Under the pieces are notes generated by a model. That model saw only the letters and a list, made by a program, of their open reading frames with translations. It searched no databases and was not told the DNA's origin. Positions 13,803 through 25,363 of a stretch of 64,000 bases of DNA are shown here, in pieces. The stretch is from assembly GCF_006345805.1 (NCBI RefSeq), contig NC_043010.1, positions 29,326,001 through 29,390,000 on the forward strand, written 5' to 3'. The DNA comes from Octopus sinensis (Eukaryota). A program made the translations under genes and the position numbers. Numbering within the stretch: position 1 is the first letter of the stretch; the number at the start of each line of letters is the position of its first letter.

Positions 13803-15348
13803 TAGTTGAATGAATTATCTTGTTATGGATAATTCGGTTAACCGATACCTGGGTAGCAAATTCACATAAGAGAAGACACGTTTGAAGATACGTGCTTTCG
13901 TGTGGAAATTTGTATGTTTTTTTTTTAAATATAAATATATGAAAGAATGGAGTTGAACGACGAATTAACAAAATTCCTTTATTTTCGACATATGTTTCGA
14001 AGGCTGCATATTCCTAATTGCGAAGGAATAAGGAGTATATTATGCCGCTTTCTCATCAGGAAAAGCAAGGAACTTATGTCAACATCAAGATGCACAAAAA
14101 ACTTTTAGATGACTGCTCACACGGAGCCCATAGTGATAATGAGTGTCTCTTTAAAAAATTCCTTTATAAGGAGTGACGTCAAAATGGTTGGATGTAGAAG
14201 ATTCTAGAATGTTCTAAAGGTTCAAGGGTTCAAACGAAGTAGGAGAAGAGAGGCATAAGAATAGTAAGGTGAAAGGGTGCAGTTCAAATGAATGGTGAAT
14301 TTTCTTTTGTGAATGAGTGTCTGTATGTGTGACTGTATATAACGGCATTAATGTGTATGTGTGTGTATGTGTGTGCGTGGTTGTGTTTGTGGATGGGTGG
14401 GTGTCAGAAAACAGACAGTGGTGAGGAGAACGGTTTGTGTCTGTGTGTTTGATTGTGCTTACTATAGATAGAGGGAAAGAGAGAGAGAAAGAGGAGGGCG
14501 AGGTATAGGGACAAAGGTAACACATACCTCACTGGATTGGGTAGTAGTTCTTTCAAAGTATAAAAAGAATTTTTTGACTATGGGGGTGAAATATATAAAA
14601 AAAGAGTTATATTAATTAAAATTCAAGGGGCTATCTATATTAATCATTATTCATACGATTGAAAGGTGTGTTTTTGCCAGTGCATGCATCTGTAGGACCT
14701 CCCGACGATTGTATTTATTAAAGGGACTTTGGCGAACAAAATATGAAAAAGTTCGGAATTACAGACGCCACAATGTTTTCTGCCCTTGTCAAACGGGAAG
14801 GACACCGACAATATGGACCATTTTAGTTTGAAAGTTGTATTGCTGTCCTTCAGACGCCAAAATAATTTACTTAGTCCCGTGCTGTTTTCTCTTATCTCTG
14901 AAAGTTGAATAATGGTTGGATATCCTTTGGGCTAATTTAGAAGAAGTTGCTCCAATGTAGAAGAAGACATCGGTTCCCGAAGAAATTTTGCACTGGTAAA
15001 TGGTGTTTCTAATTTTGGAATTTTTGGATAGGAACTTTAATCTGTTGGGGTTAACATCCGATACTAAGACATAGTTTTTATTGTTATGATAGGTGTAAAT
15101 ATTGTTGCTAGCATTGGCCACGATACTATTCATCTTATTATCATTACTATTAATTGTAATATCGTCGGCAATTTCTCTGACTATAGGAATGCTGGGACTG
15201 TTATCATCAATAATACAACTGTTATTAGAAATGCTGTTATTATTACCACTAACACCACCACTGTTAATAATCCGGCTAATATTATTATCATTATTACTAT
15301 TGTTAACGCCAGTGCCGCTATGAATGTTGCTAATATCAATACTGTTTA

Positions 15349-15401
<53 letters not shown>

Positions 15402-16404
15402 GTTAGGTTGGAATTGATAAGGGCAGTGTCGCTACTCCTGGGTGATGAATCCTTATTTAGCAGCTTATTATTATGGGAGGCAATTATCTGCGATAGATTT
15501 CTAGTGTTGGAAAATGCAATCCTCACCTTATGCGAATTTATAGTAGAGTAATACCTAGAATTCCTGGGAAAGTTTCTAGCTACGGCTTCACGGAATTGTA
15601 AAGGGAGGTTAGACCTGATTTGTTTCCCGAAAGGAATGACAAACCAGATATAGTTTTTTTTAGACTTAGAATAGCTCAGAGTGCTAACATTTACATTAAA
15701 GGGAGTATTTCTGTGTTGTAGAATTGGTGTTGGTTTTCGATTGCCTCCCCTGGTCCGTAAATGTTTGTTAATTATATTAGTGTCGACGTTGCTAGGGTTG
15801 AAATCATTAATTACATTATTTCTATTGTTATTAGTTTTCTTATCCTGAGAGGCAAATATTAGTTTAGAATGGGCCGGGTCGATATATGATACCTTATCCC
15901 TATAACCGGCTTTTGACAGGGCGGTATTATAAAATTCCGCTTTTTGTTTAAAAATGTCGACATTCGCAGATAAATTTGATAGTCTTAAGGATATATTTTA
16001 AATTAGATTATCGGTGATAGTTTTTGCATGGTTACTGAAAATGCTGACATATTTAAGGTTAGAAGAAGGCTTATGGTAAGGGAAGTAAGAATTATTTTGC
16101 AGATTTAGGGTAACATCTAAAAAGTTTGCTTTAGTTAGCTCGTCGTCGAAAACTATGCTCATGCCCATTCTGCTAAAAAATCTAGCTAATCTGTTTAAAG
16201 AGACACTCATTATCACTATGGGCTCCGTGTGAGCAGTCATCTAAAAGTTTTTTGCGCATCTTGATGTTGACATAAGTTCCTTGCTTTTCCTGATGAGAAA
16301 ATGGCATAATATACTCCTTATTCCTTCGCAATTAGGAATATGCAGCCTTCGAAACATATGTCGAAAATAAAGGAATTTTGTTAATTCGTTGTTCAACTCC
16401 ATTC

Positions 16405-16410
<6 letters not shown>
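13802..16410 (-). mobile_element. 5'-truncated Penelope-like element (RT thumb + GIY-YIG endonuclease, frameshifted) with pLTR and inverted pLTR copy
   Basis: FLDVTLNL RT segment (15998-16240) and IYQCKI..YIG GIY-YIG (14867-15020). Segment 13940-14155 is repeated inverted at 16195-16410. (TA)n on both sides. Confidence 0.85.
13982..14064 (-). ncRNA. Hammerhead ribozyme in PLE pLTR (inverted copy on + strand at 16285-16367)
   Basis: UUUUC-CUGAUGA-GAA..GCAU...AUGC..UUC-GAAA-C AUAU-GUC|GAAAA. Minimal palindromic stem III (CAUAUG), as described for PLE hammerheads. Confidence 0.8.
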
Positions 16411-16468
<58 letters not shown>

Positions 16469-16588
16469 CAATTTAGGAATGGCCTAAACAGGCCATTCGT
16501 CCACCAGAAAGAGCAGCCAGAACTCAAACCGCCAAGTAGTGCAATTCGGAAATAAGGTGAAAATTTAAAAACGTTTACCCTAATTCAT

Positions 16589-16687
16589 CTTTTATACGAT
16601 GCATCGTTTCGGTGTCTTTAATGATAGACCAGCTCAATTAAATTAAATTAAGCTAGTCTACCATAGGTCACACTTCATCAGTAAAAG
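16589..16687 (-). ncRNA. Type I hammerhead ribozyme, family A copy 1 (identical copies at 17064-17162 and 17487-17585)
   Basis: CUUUUA-CUGAUGA-long stem II (AUGGUAGACUAGCUU/GAGCUGGUCUAUCAU)-GAAA-C GAUGCAUC-GUA|UAAAAG. Stem I is CUUUUA/UAAAAG and stem III is the palindrome ACGAUGCAUCGU. Confidence 0.85.
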
Positions 16688-17931
16688 AAACCTGGGAGAG
16701 ACGAATATACACGAGGCGACTGTATCAATGCCTCGGGAACATCTGTCTTAAAATTTTCAAGACCAACGCATTCGCGCCAAACTTATCGGCAGCAAATATA
16801 AACTGCCGATTCAATCTCAGAATTAGTCAGAAAATCATCAATTAATCAATTTAGGGTAGCAAAAAATTCAGTAAAAATTTATCGCTACCAGCGGCCTAGT
16901 GGAAAAGAGAAAATAGTCAAAGACTAAATATATACAAATATAACAATTTAGGAATGGCCTAAACAGGCCATTCGTCCACCAGAAAGAGCAGCCAGAACTC
17001 AAACCGCCAAGTAGTGCAATTCGGAAATAAGGTGAAAATTTAAAAACGTTTACCCTAATTCATCTTTTATACGATGCATCGTTTCGGTGTCTTTAATGAT
17101 AGACCAGCTCAATTAAATTAAATTAAGCTAGTCTACCATAGGTCACACTTCATCAGTAAAAGAAACCTGGGAGAGACGAATATACACGAGGCGACTGTAT
17201 CAATGCCTCGGGAACATCTGTCTTAAAATTTTCAAGACCAACGCATTCGCGCCAAACTTATCGGCAGCAAATATAAACTGCCGATTCAATCTCAGAATTA
17301 GTCAGAAAATCATCAATTAATCAATTTAGGGTAGCAAAAAATTCAGTAAAAATTTATCGCTACCAGCGGCCTAGGAATGGCCTAAACAGGCCATTCGTCC
17401 ACCAGAAAGAGCAGCCAGAACTCAAACCGCCAAGTAGTGCAATTCGGAAATAAGGTGAAAATTTAAAAACGTTTACCCTAATTCATCTTTTATACGATGC
17501 ATCGTTTCGGTGTCTTTAATGATAGACCAGCTCAATTAAATTAAATTAAGCTAGTCTACCATAGGTCACACTTCATCAGTAAAAGAAACCTGGGAGAGAC
17601 GAATATACACGAGGCGACTGTATCAATGCCTCGGGAACATCTGTCTTAAAATTTTCAAGACCAACGCATTCGCGCCAAACTTATCGGCAGCAAATATAAA
17701 CTGCCGATTCAATCTCAGAATTAGTCAGAAAATCATCAATTAATCAATTTAGGGTAGCAAAAAATTCAGTAAAAATTTATCGCTACCAGCGGCCTAGTGG
17801 AAAAGAGAAAATAGTCAAAGACTAAATATATACAAAGTTTGGCGCGAATGCGTTGGTCTTGAAAATTTTAAGACAGATGTTCCCGAGGCATTGATACAGT
17901 CGCCTCGTGTATATTCGTCTCTCCCAGGTTT

Positions 17932-18030
17932 CTTTTACTGATGAAGTGTGACCTATGGTAGACTAGCTTAATTTAATTTAATTGAGCTGGTCTATCATTA
18001 AAGACACCGAAACGATGCATCGTATAAAAG
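17932..18030 (+). ncRNA. Type I hammerhead ribozyme, family A inverted copy
   Basis: CTGATGA at 17938-17944, GAAA at 18009-18012, GTA at 18022-18024. Stem I pairs 17932-17937 with 18025-18030. Confidence 0.85.
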
Positions 18031-18248
18031 ATGAATTAGGGTAAACGTTTTTAAATTTTCACCTTATTTCCGAATTGCACTACTTGGCGGTTTGAGTTCT
18101 GGCTGCTCTTTCTGGTGGACGAATGGCCTGTTTAGGCCATTCCTAAATTGTTATATTTGTATATATTTAGTCTTTGACTATTTTCTCTTTTCCACTAGGC
18201 CGCTGGTAGCGATAAATTTTTACTGAATTTTTTGCTACCCTAAATTGA

Positions 18249-18286
<38 letters not shown>

Positions 18287-20558
18287 CATACATAATTTTA
18301 TTAAAAACAGCAAAAATATCACTAAAACTGTTACTCAGAGTTTCACGTTTCTGTTCGTCGGACAGTTTTGTTTAGAATATATATCTATCTAATTTTTCAT
18401 TGAATCTGCAATTTCTAGACTGTTTTAGTCAACTGTAATCAGACGAAAAAGTTGGGAATTAGGAATAAGTAACTGGATGCAAATAATAGGTGAAGAAAAT
18501 AAGTAATATTTCGAACCTGAATCGAAATGTAGAGTGTGATGTCATTTAAATGACCAATTAACTTACCGTATCTGATGGTATGTATGACGCATATTTTTTC
18601 CAGAGAAATGCCTCAAATATATGCGAATTTGGGCTCATATTACATGCTTTAATGCACTAAAAACCCTTTTTCTGAATATGCGCTTCTGAAGTTCGGGTGC
18701 GTCTAATATTGATTTCAAATTTTGGTATAAGGCAGCAATTTCGCGGGAGGGGTAAGTCGATTACATCGACCTCTGTGCTCAACTGGTACTTATTTTATCA
18801 ATCCCTCGGCGGAATTTGAACACGGAACGTGAAGACGGACGAAATACCGCTAAGCATTTTACCCGGTGTGCTAACGATTCTGCCAGCTCACCAACTCAGT
18901 GGGGTGGTGCATCTAATATGCTCGTGCGTTGTTTTACGCCACCAAATAAGGAATATAGTAAAAATATAACAAGTGAAAATTTTCTATTTATACTTTTTGT
19001 AAAATTTTTCTTAGCAAGACTATTGCAGTATTATTGTAACCAATTGTTAAACCATATCATTTTTATTAATTTCATACTCATTACAAATATACGAATAAGA
19101 ATTTGTTTTAATTAATGTTATTTTAAGTAAATGAATATTTTTATTTTCAAAATTAGCATTCAAATTAGTATTTCGTAAAAATACCAAACATTGATAAAAA
19201 AAATTAGAAAACAGCATAAAATTACATTCATCGTACTTATATATAATATTATTTAACATAGCAGACAATGGTAATGAATATTATTAAAATTAAAACATTA
19301 TCATGTAATGAGTAATATTTTCCTAATAATAGTTACTGTCGGCTTTGGGGTTATAAAAGTCACGCAGTCTCATATGGAGTTAAATATGTTACATCGGTAA
19401 TGGATTAATTGTTAACCTGTAGTATGGTTATTGATAATATATAATATTTGTTAGAAATATACAAATAAGAAACTTTTAAATTAAACTTTTATTTTGAAAT
19501 ATTTATTTTGAAAAGTAGTATTCATTTCATTATTTTGTATAAAACGCCATGAAATATGATAAAAGGGAAATAATAAATATTGTATCTATGTAACATTACC
19601 TGCTATTACTCATAGTAGCAAAAGTATATGCAAACGTCACCCGTTACATGATGGGTAATACTCTGGGATATACCTACCTACCTACCTACCTACCTACCTA
19701 CCTACCTACCTACCTACCTACCTACCTTCCTACCTACCTTCCTTCCTACCTACCTACCTACCTTCCTACCTACCTACCTACCTACATACATACATACATA
19801 CATACATACATACATACATACATACATACACAAACATATGTATGTATTCTTTTATTTCAAGGGTTCATTCGATCATATCAACCATAGTACTTTTGTTAAA
19901 GTTTGATATATATTACACACACGCACACAAATACATATCTTTGTTGAACTGCCAAGTTACAATACATTAAGAGATAGCTTAGTTTTCTAATTGGTATAAT
20001 GTAGTGACGGGCATAAAGGCAGGTAAACAGATATTCACACATACATATACGCACACATATGTACACACACGCAGACCAGATTTCACTGGTACCAATACAT
20101 TTTCTGGAACCCAAGCGGGAGAAATGCTACATCATTACCCAGCTACTTCTGGTAACTCAACGAACATTACAGTTTATACGAGCTTTGATGAAACATTATT
20201 ACCAGTGTGCCACATGCGAACCTTACCAGTCCTGTAATTTACGTACAGCAGAAAGCTTTCACGCCCTATGCTCTCATGAACCACTGTTTAATGAAAATTC
20301 AAACCTAAAATCTGTCTGAACTATCTACCTGTACTCAATCTAGGTAGGAAATTTGTAATTTAACCTCACCCACATATCTATACATATACCACAACGTCTA
20401 CTGAAGAGCATTATCATATAATACAACATGGCTACCTATTGAGTCTGAATGACGAAAATACATGGCTCGCTATACAAGATTGTTCGACCATTATACTTTC
20501 AGGGGCATAGAATTAATAATAACTTGAATTTAATTAGAAATAATTATTACTGAAATTA

Positions 20559-20700
20559 TTAGGTTGTCCCAAAAGTTTGTAAAACACTTGCGAAAATTGA
20601 ATTTTTACTCGCTAAGTACTAATAAAAACAACAAAAATTATTCCTCAAAATAAAGATCATTATTTTCCAAGACTTTCTACGAACTTTTGGGACAACCTTA
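20559..20700. mobile_element. Mariner-type MITE just downstream of the stop codon of the PLAT gene
   Basis: Terminal inverted repeats aggttgtcccaaaagtt / aacttttgggacaacct in TA context. Confidence 0.75.
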
Positions 20701-20739
20701 TATTATTCTTCGGTTGAAAAGACAAACAAAAAAACCTCA

Positions 20740-21068
20740 CTAAATTTTGAGAAACATAGTAGTATAAACCCATTTAATTAATGGTATGAAATCCATTAGG
20801 ACAATGGAGACAAATGGGACTATAACTACGACCAAAACCGTCGATCCAATGAAGAAAGAGGATTCTCGCTGGTCTTTCATGCTATTTTTCGATCGAATGT
20901 ATTTGGAAGTATTCTTGCGCGGCATAATGAGTTCGATTTCTAATTGTTTCAATTTCTCGTTCAGTTCTTCTTCTGTCAAGTTCTTTGGTTCAGTTTTACA
21001 ACATAAACACGAATGACTAACCGGTGTAGTCCGCGTAAAATCGATATTAGTGTTCTGCTCAAGTGTAG
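20740..21068 (-). CDS. Exon K (terminal coding exon): CLCC motif, coiled-coil-like segment, single TM helix, short tail
   Basis: Acceptor cttccttatttgcttttcttctgtcattacAG, phase 1 (A+CT = Thr). Encodes TLEQNTNIDFTRTTPVSHSCLCCKTEPKNLTEEELNEKLKQLEIELIMPRKNTSKYIRSKNSMKDQRESSFFIGSTVLVVVIVPFVSIVLMDFIPLIKWVYTTMFLKI, then TAG at 20740-20742. Confidence 0.88.
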
Positions 21069-22600
21069 CTGTAATGACAGAAGAAAAGCAAATAAGGAAG
21101 ACCGAAATTGTGCATGTTTGAAGGTTTGTTATTATAATCACGGTGTAAGCCCTTCTGTTCTCGTATGTATATCGATTAGTACACACGTGTAAATGTACAT
21201 GCTTTCACATATTCCTGAATGTTCGATTCAACCGTCACTTTTAAATTAACGCTCAAGTATCACCACCAAATCTATGCATAAAGCCTGGAAGGAACTGAGA
21301 ATTTCTACAGTGTAACTCAGAAAGAGGCTACTGTATCAAAGCAAGGCTAATGTGTCAAAGCGATGTTAGACGCCTCGTCGATATATTCGTCTGCTGTGCA
21401 GGTCGACTCACATATTACTATGTAAAATGTAGCTCTGCTACAAGACTACTCATTTACATATTTCGGTCAGAATGCAGCCATGCAGGGAAACCGCCTTGAA
21501 GAGCTTAGTCAATCAATTCGATCTCAGAATTTATTTTCTTTTTAAATCTAGTACTTATTCTATCGGTCCCTTTTTGCTGATAAGTTAGGGGGACGCAAGC
21601 AAACCAACACCTGTTGTCAACAAACGTGAGACACAAACACATGCACAAATGTGAAGGGAAACGGAAAAATAAAAACGTGACATTGCTATGTTTGCTGCGC
21701 TAACCACTGCTCTAAAGTGACACCACCACCATGGATCACGCAAATTAGTAGATTTAAACTAAGTAGATACAATGTCATACCAGGGACCTGTTAATGGGGA
21801 TCTCAGTTCACACAGAATCAAGATAGAATGTGAAGGCCTTCTGTACAGTTTCTGTCACTAAATTCACGCATAAGGCAGTGATTGGCCTAGTACAGGGCGC
21901 TTGCTTAAGGAGCCGAGCTTTGGAATTGAATCCAAAGCTACGTGGTTACGATGCGAACTAAATCCGAGAGACAGAGTAAGTATAGAAACAGCAGAAAAAT
22001 AGAGGTGACAATATAAATGTTGACCGGGGACTGGAGTGTGTCAGATATATTTAGTAAAGATGAAAGACATAAAGAATTCTGAAGTGTAACTGCGTTCATA
22101 AAAACCAGAATGTCATTGGAAAGTAGTGTATTCAGAATGACATGGATTTGATTTTAGTAATTGTGAAAAGGAAACAGACTGACATGTTGCTAGAAGGTTG
22201 TACTCATGTAGCATAAATAGAGGATTCTGTAACTTGGTATTCATGTACACTAAAAGTGGCATAACGAAATCTTGTTACAAGTACAATTGAGATTTTTGCT
22301 TATTTATGCAATGAAAAACAAAAGGAAGGCTGACAAGCAAGCGATGTGTTGAAAGCATGGCACCATGCAGAGGTTATGGCAACTCTTCAACGTATTCCAT
22401 TCACATAATGTAAGAATGTATTCTTCCCAGCAACTACTTTAGATCAATTGTTGTAAGGTTTTAAGTTTTTATCCGTCGCTTGGTTTAACACCACCGTCTC
22501 CGGTTTGGGTGCATTTAGCAAGTACCTTGAAATCATCTCTCTGGTCTGAGAACACCTTTCTCTGTCTTTGTCTATCTGTTTGTCTGTTTGTCTGTCTGTT

Positions 22601-22651
<51 letters not shown>

Positions 22652-22665
22652 GTCTGTCTGCCTGT

Positions 22666-22734
<69 letters not shown>

Positions 22735-22943
22735 CAAAAGACTCGGAGGATCAGAAAACGGTCAAGGAAAGTGCTTCTTCTCATGTGAGTAAACCATTAA
22801 GAAACTTCTTTTGTTAGGAACTGCAGAAACAACAATGTTCCACAGTCTATTCAAAGCAAAATCAAGTCACGCGCGCACACACACACACGCACACGCTCGC
22901 ACACAAATTAATATAAAAAAGTGTTGTTTCAAAAGAAAATTAC

Positions 22944-23438
22944 TTTCGATTGATTGAGCTGTTGATACTGAATAATCGACGCTGCTTATTTCTTCCGTTC
23001 TGGGTGCTATCGTTGATGGTGTTGTTATTGTTGTTGGTGCTGGTGGCAATGACCTTTCTGTTGAAGTTGTTTCCTCTTTCGCCGACGTGGTTTGGCTTGT
23101 TGTTGTTGTTGTTGTTGTTGGTGTTGCTGTTGGTGTTGTTTCTGATGTTGTTGACTCAGTTGTTGGTGTTGTTGGTGTTGTTGATGTTGTTGATGTTGTT
23201 GGTGTTGTTGATGTTGTTGATGTTGTTGGTGTTGTTGATGTTGTTGCTGTTGTTGCTGTTGTTGGTGTTGTTGGTGTTGTTGATGTTGTTGCTGTTGTTG
23301 GTGTTGTTGGCGTTGTTGGCGTTGTTGGTGTTGTTGATGTTGTTGGCGTTGTTGATGTTGTTGGCGTTGTTGGTGTTGTAGTTGTTATGTTAGAGGTTGT
23401 TGCCATCGCATTCGGCACGTAGTAGCCTTTCGAGTACA
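22944..23438 (-). CDS. Exon J, Thr/Pro/Ser-rich mucin-like stalk
   Basis: Acceptor tttctatttgttaacaccacAG, donor A|GTAATT, 495 nt, phase 1->1. Open frame YSKGYYVPNAMATTSNITTTTPTTPTT...STAQSIE. Confidence 0.85.
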
Positions 23439-23619
23439 CTGTGGTGTTAACAAATAGAAACGTATTAAAAAGTCATTTAATGATAAGGTCTCATCATTGA
23501 TATTAAAACAAGGTTTAAAAATACTATAAAAGTTATTAAACGGAGTTAATTTCCTTTCAGTCATATATGATAAATTGTGACACTTATAAGTGTGCATAAT
23601 TGTACATTATTAATTCTCT

Positions 23620-24260
23620 TATCCTTGATCTGGCAACAATCAAGAAACTCTCAACAGCCATCTGGAATACCACCTCACCACTTAACACTTAAAATGGAGG
23701 CCCCAATCATGCTGCTCAGGAATCTGGGCCCATCTCGCCTGTGAAATGGCACCAGATTGGTGGCGAAAGCGATGCAGCCCCATGTCATAGAGGCAGTAGT
23801 TATCACTGGGAAATATAAGGGTAAGGATGTCTTCATTCCACTGATCCTATTAATTCCATCTGACCTCTCCTTTGAATTTAAATGGCTCCAGTTCCCAGTG
23901 AAACTAAGTTTTGCTATGTCAATAAACAAATCTCAAGGATAATCTCTCAAGGTTGTTGGACCTAACCTTGCTTCGCCTTGCTTCTCTTATGGGAAATTAT
24001 ATGTAAGATATTCGCGAGTTGGAAGTCCCAAAAAGTCTTTTTATTTGTACCCCAATTAAAGGACACACTGAAAACATTGTATATTTAGAAATTCTACAAA
24101 ATTAGACTGTGGTTGATTTCAGGATTTGTTTTAATAACTTTGTTTATACACGCGTCATCTGATAGAATTTTTCTGAAAATATATTTTTTATCACAATAAA
24201 TATATTTATTTCCTTTAGCATCCTTTAAACTTCCGAGCAACGCCGGGTACTTAGGATAGT
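23620..24260 (+). mobile_element. Helitron 3' fragment (helicase C-terminus + terminal hairpin)
   Basis: LQFPVKLSFAMSINKSQG.SLKVVG; the end ccgagcaacgccgggtacttaggatagt resembles a Helitron 3' hairpin/CTRR. Confidence 0.8.
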
Positions 24261-24356
24261 GTGTTAGTGTGTGTGTGTGTGTGTGCGCGCGCGCGTATAT
24301 TTATATATATGTATTGCTTGCTAGAGCGGACCCTACACACGCGCGCGCGTGTATAT

Positions 24357-25278
24357 ACAGGATGGGGCAGAGGGGACGGACATTTTTGAAATGGCTTTTA
24401 CCCAGCCCCAGGGAGAGGGACATATGTCCGACAGCTATCATTCGGTCCGTGGTGTCTTAGCATATTTTTATTTCCAGGTGAAGTCATGGCGCTTTGGACG
24501 ACAGAGTACCGCGTGTTTGCCTACGACAGTTATGTGAAGAATAGTGAGTCTGTCACAGCAGTTCAGCACGAGTTTCGGCGTCACCCGTAACACATTCTTA
24601 TATTGGGTGAATGCACTTCGTACGCGAGGTGCACTAATGAATAGAATTCTGGTAGGGGTCCGAATCGCTCTGTTTGGAGGCATTCCATAGAACTTGGCAT
24701 CGGTAATTGATCGGTAAGGCGAATTTTGCATGATGACCTGCATTTCCACCCGTACAAATTGGTCATTGGGCAACAATTGAAACCATGGGACTATGCACTG
24801 CGGCTTAACTTCGCTCGTCAGAAGGAAGCAAGTTTTGAAGCAAATGACAAACTTATTTTGTTAATAATTGATGGAGCTCATTTTCATCTCAATGACATGG
24901 GGAATCAATAGAACTGTCGTTATTGGGCTCTTGAAAACCCGAGAGAACTGCACGAAAAACCACTGCACAGCCCAAAAGTGACGTTGGAAAAGCCCCTAAA
25001 ATTTGGACACCTAATCCCCCAGACTGCAACCGCCTTGATTATTATGTGCGAGAGACCAACAAAACTCCTTATAACACCAAAGATGAACTGAAGGCAAGGG
25101 TTATGGCAGCATTCACCAACTTAAACAAGGAGATTGCAGGAGATTCTGAAGTCTTCTGGAGGCCATGGTTGAACCCAAAGTCGATTTAACTGAATAAATT
25201 TACTCTTTAGTAAAATGAGATGTCAGTGATATTTTCATTTTTGCGTAATTTTGACAACAGTTTATTCACCGCACCCTG

Positions 25279-25279
<1 letters not shown>
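24357..25279 (+). mobile_element. Decayed, internally deleted Tc1/mariner element
   Basis: TA-CAGG...CCTG-TA ends. Translated remnants VRRILHDDLHFHPYK, IDGAHFHLN and NCRYWALENP. The 3' part matches the fragment at about 47210-47450. Confidence 0.7.

Positions 25280-25362
<83 letters not shown>

Positions 25363-25363
<1 letters not shown>

Larger units (their letters stand above)
16468..18252 (-). mobile_element. Retrozyme-like tandem array, family A: three direct units plus one inverted, circularly permuted unit, each with a hammerhead
   Basis: Near-identical units; the shared taggaatgg word recurs at 16474, 16949 and 17372 (periods 475 and 423). Inversion junction at about 17836. No ORF. 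Flanked by (TA)n on both sides. Confidence 0.8.

Noticed and set aside
22950-23422. Plus-strand Leu/Val-rich ORFs (143 aa and 111 aa)
   Set aside because: Antisense shadows of the Thr-rich exon J.
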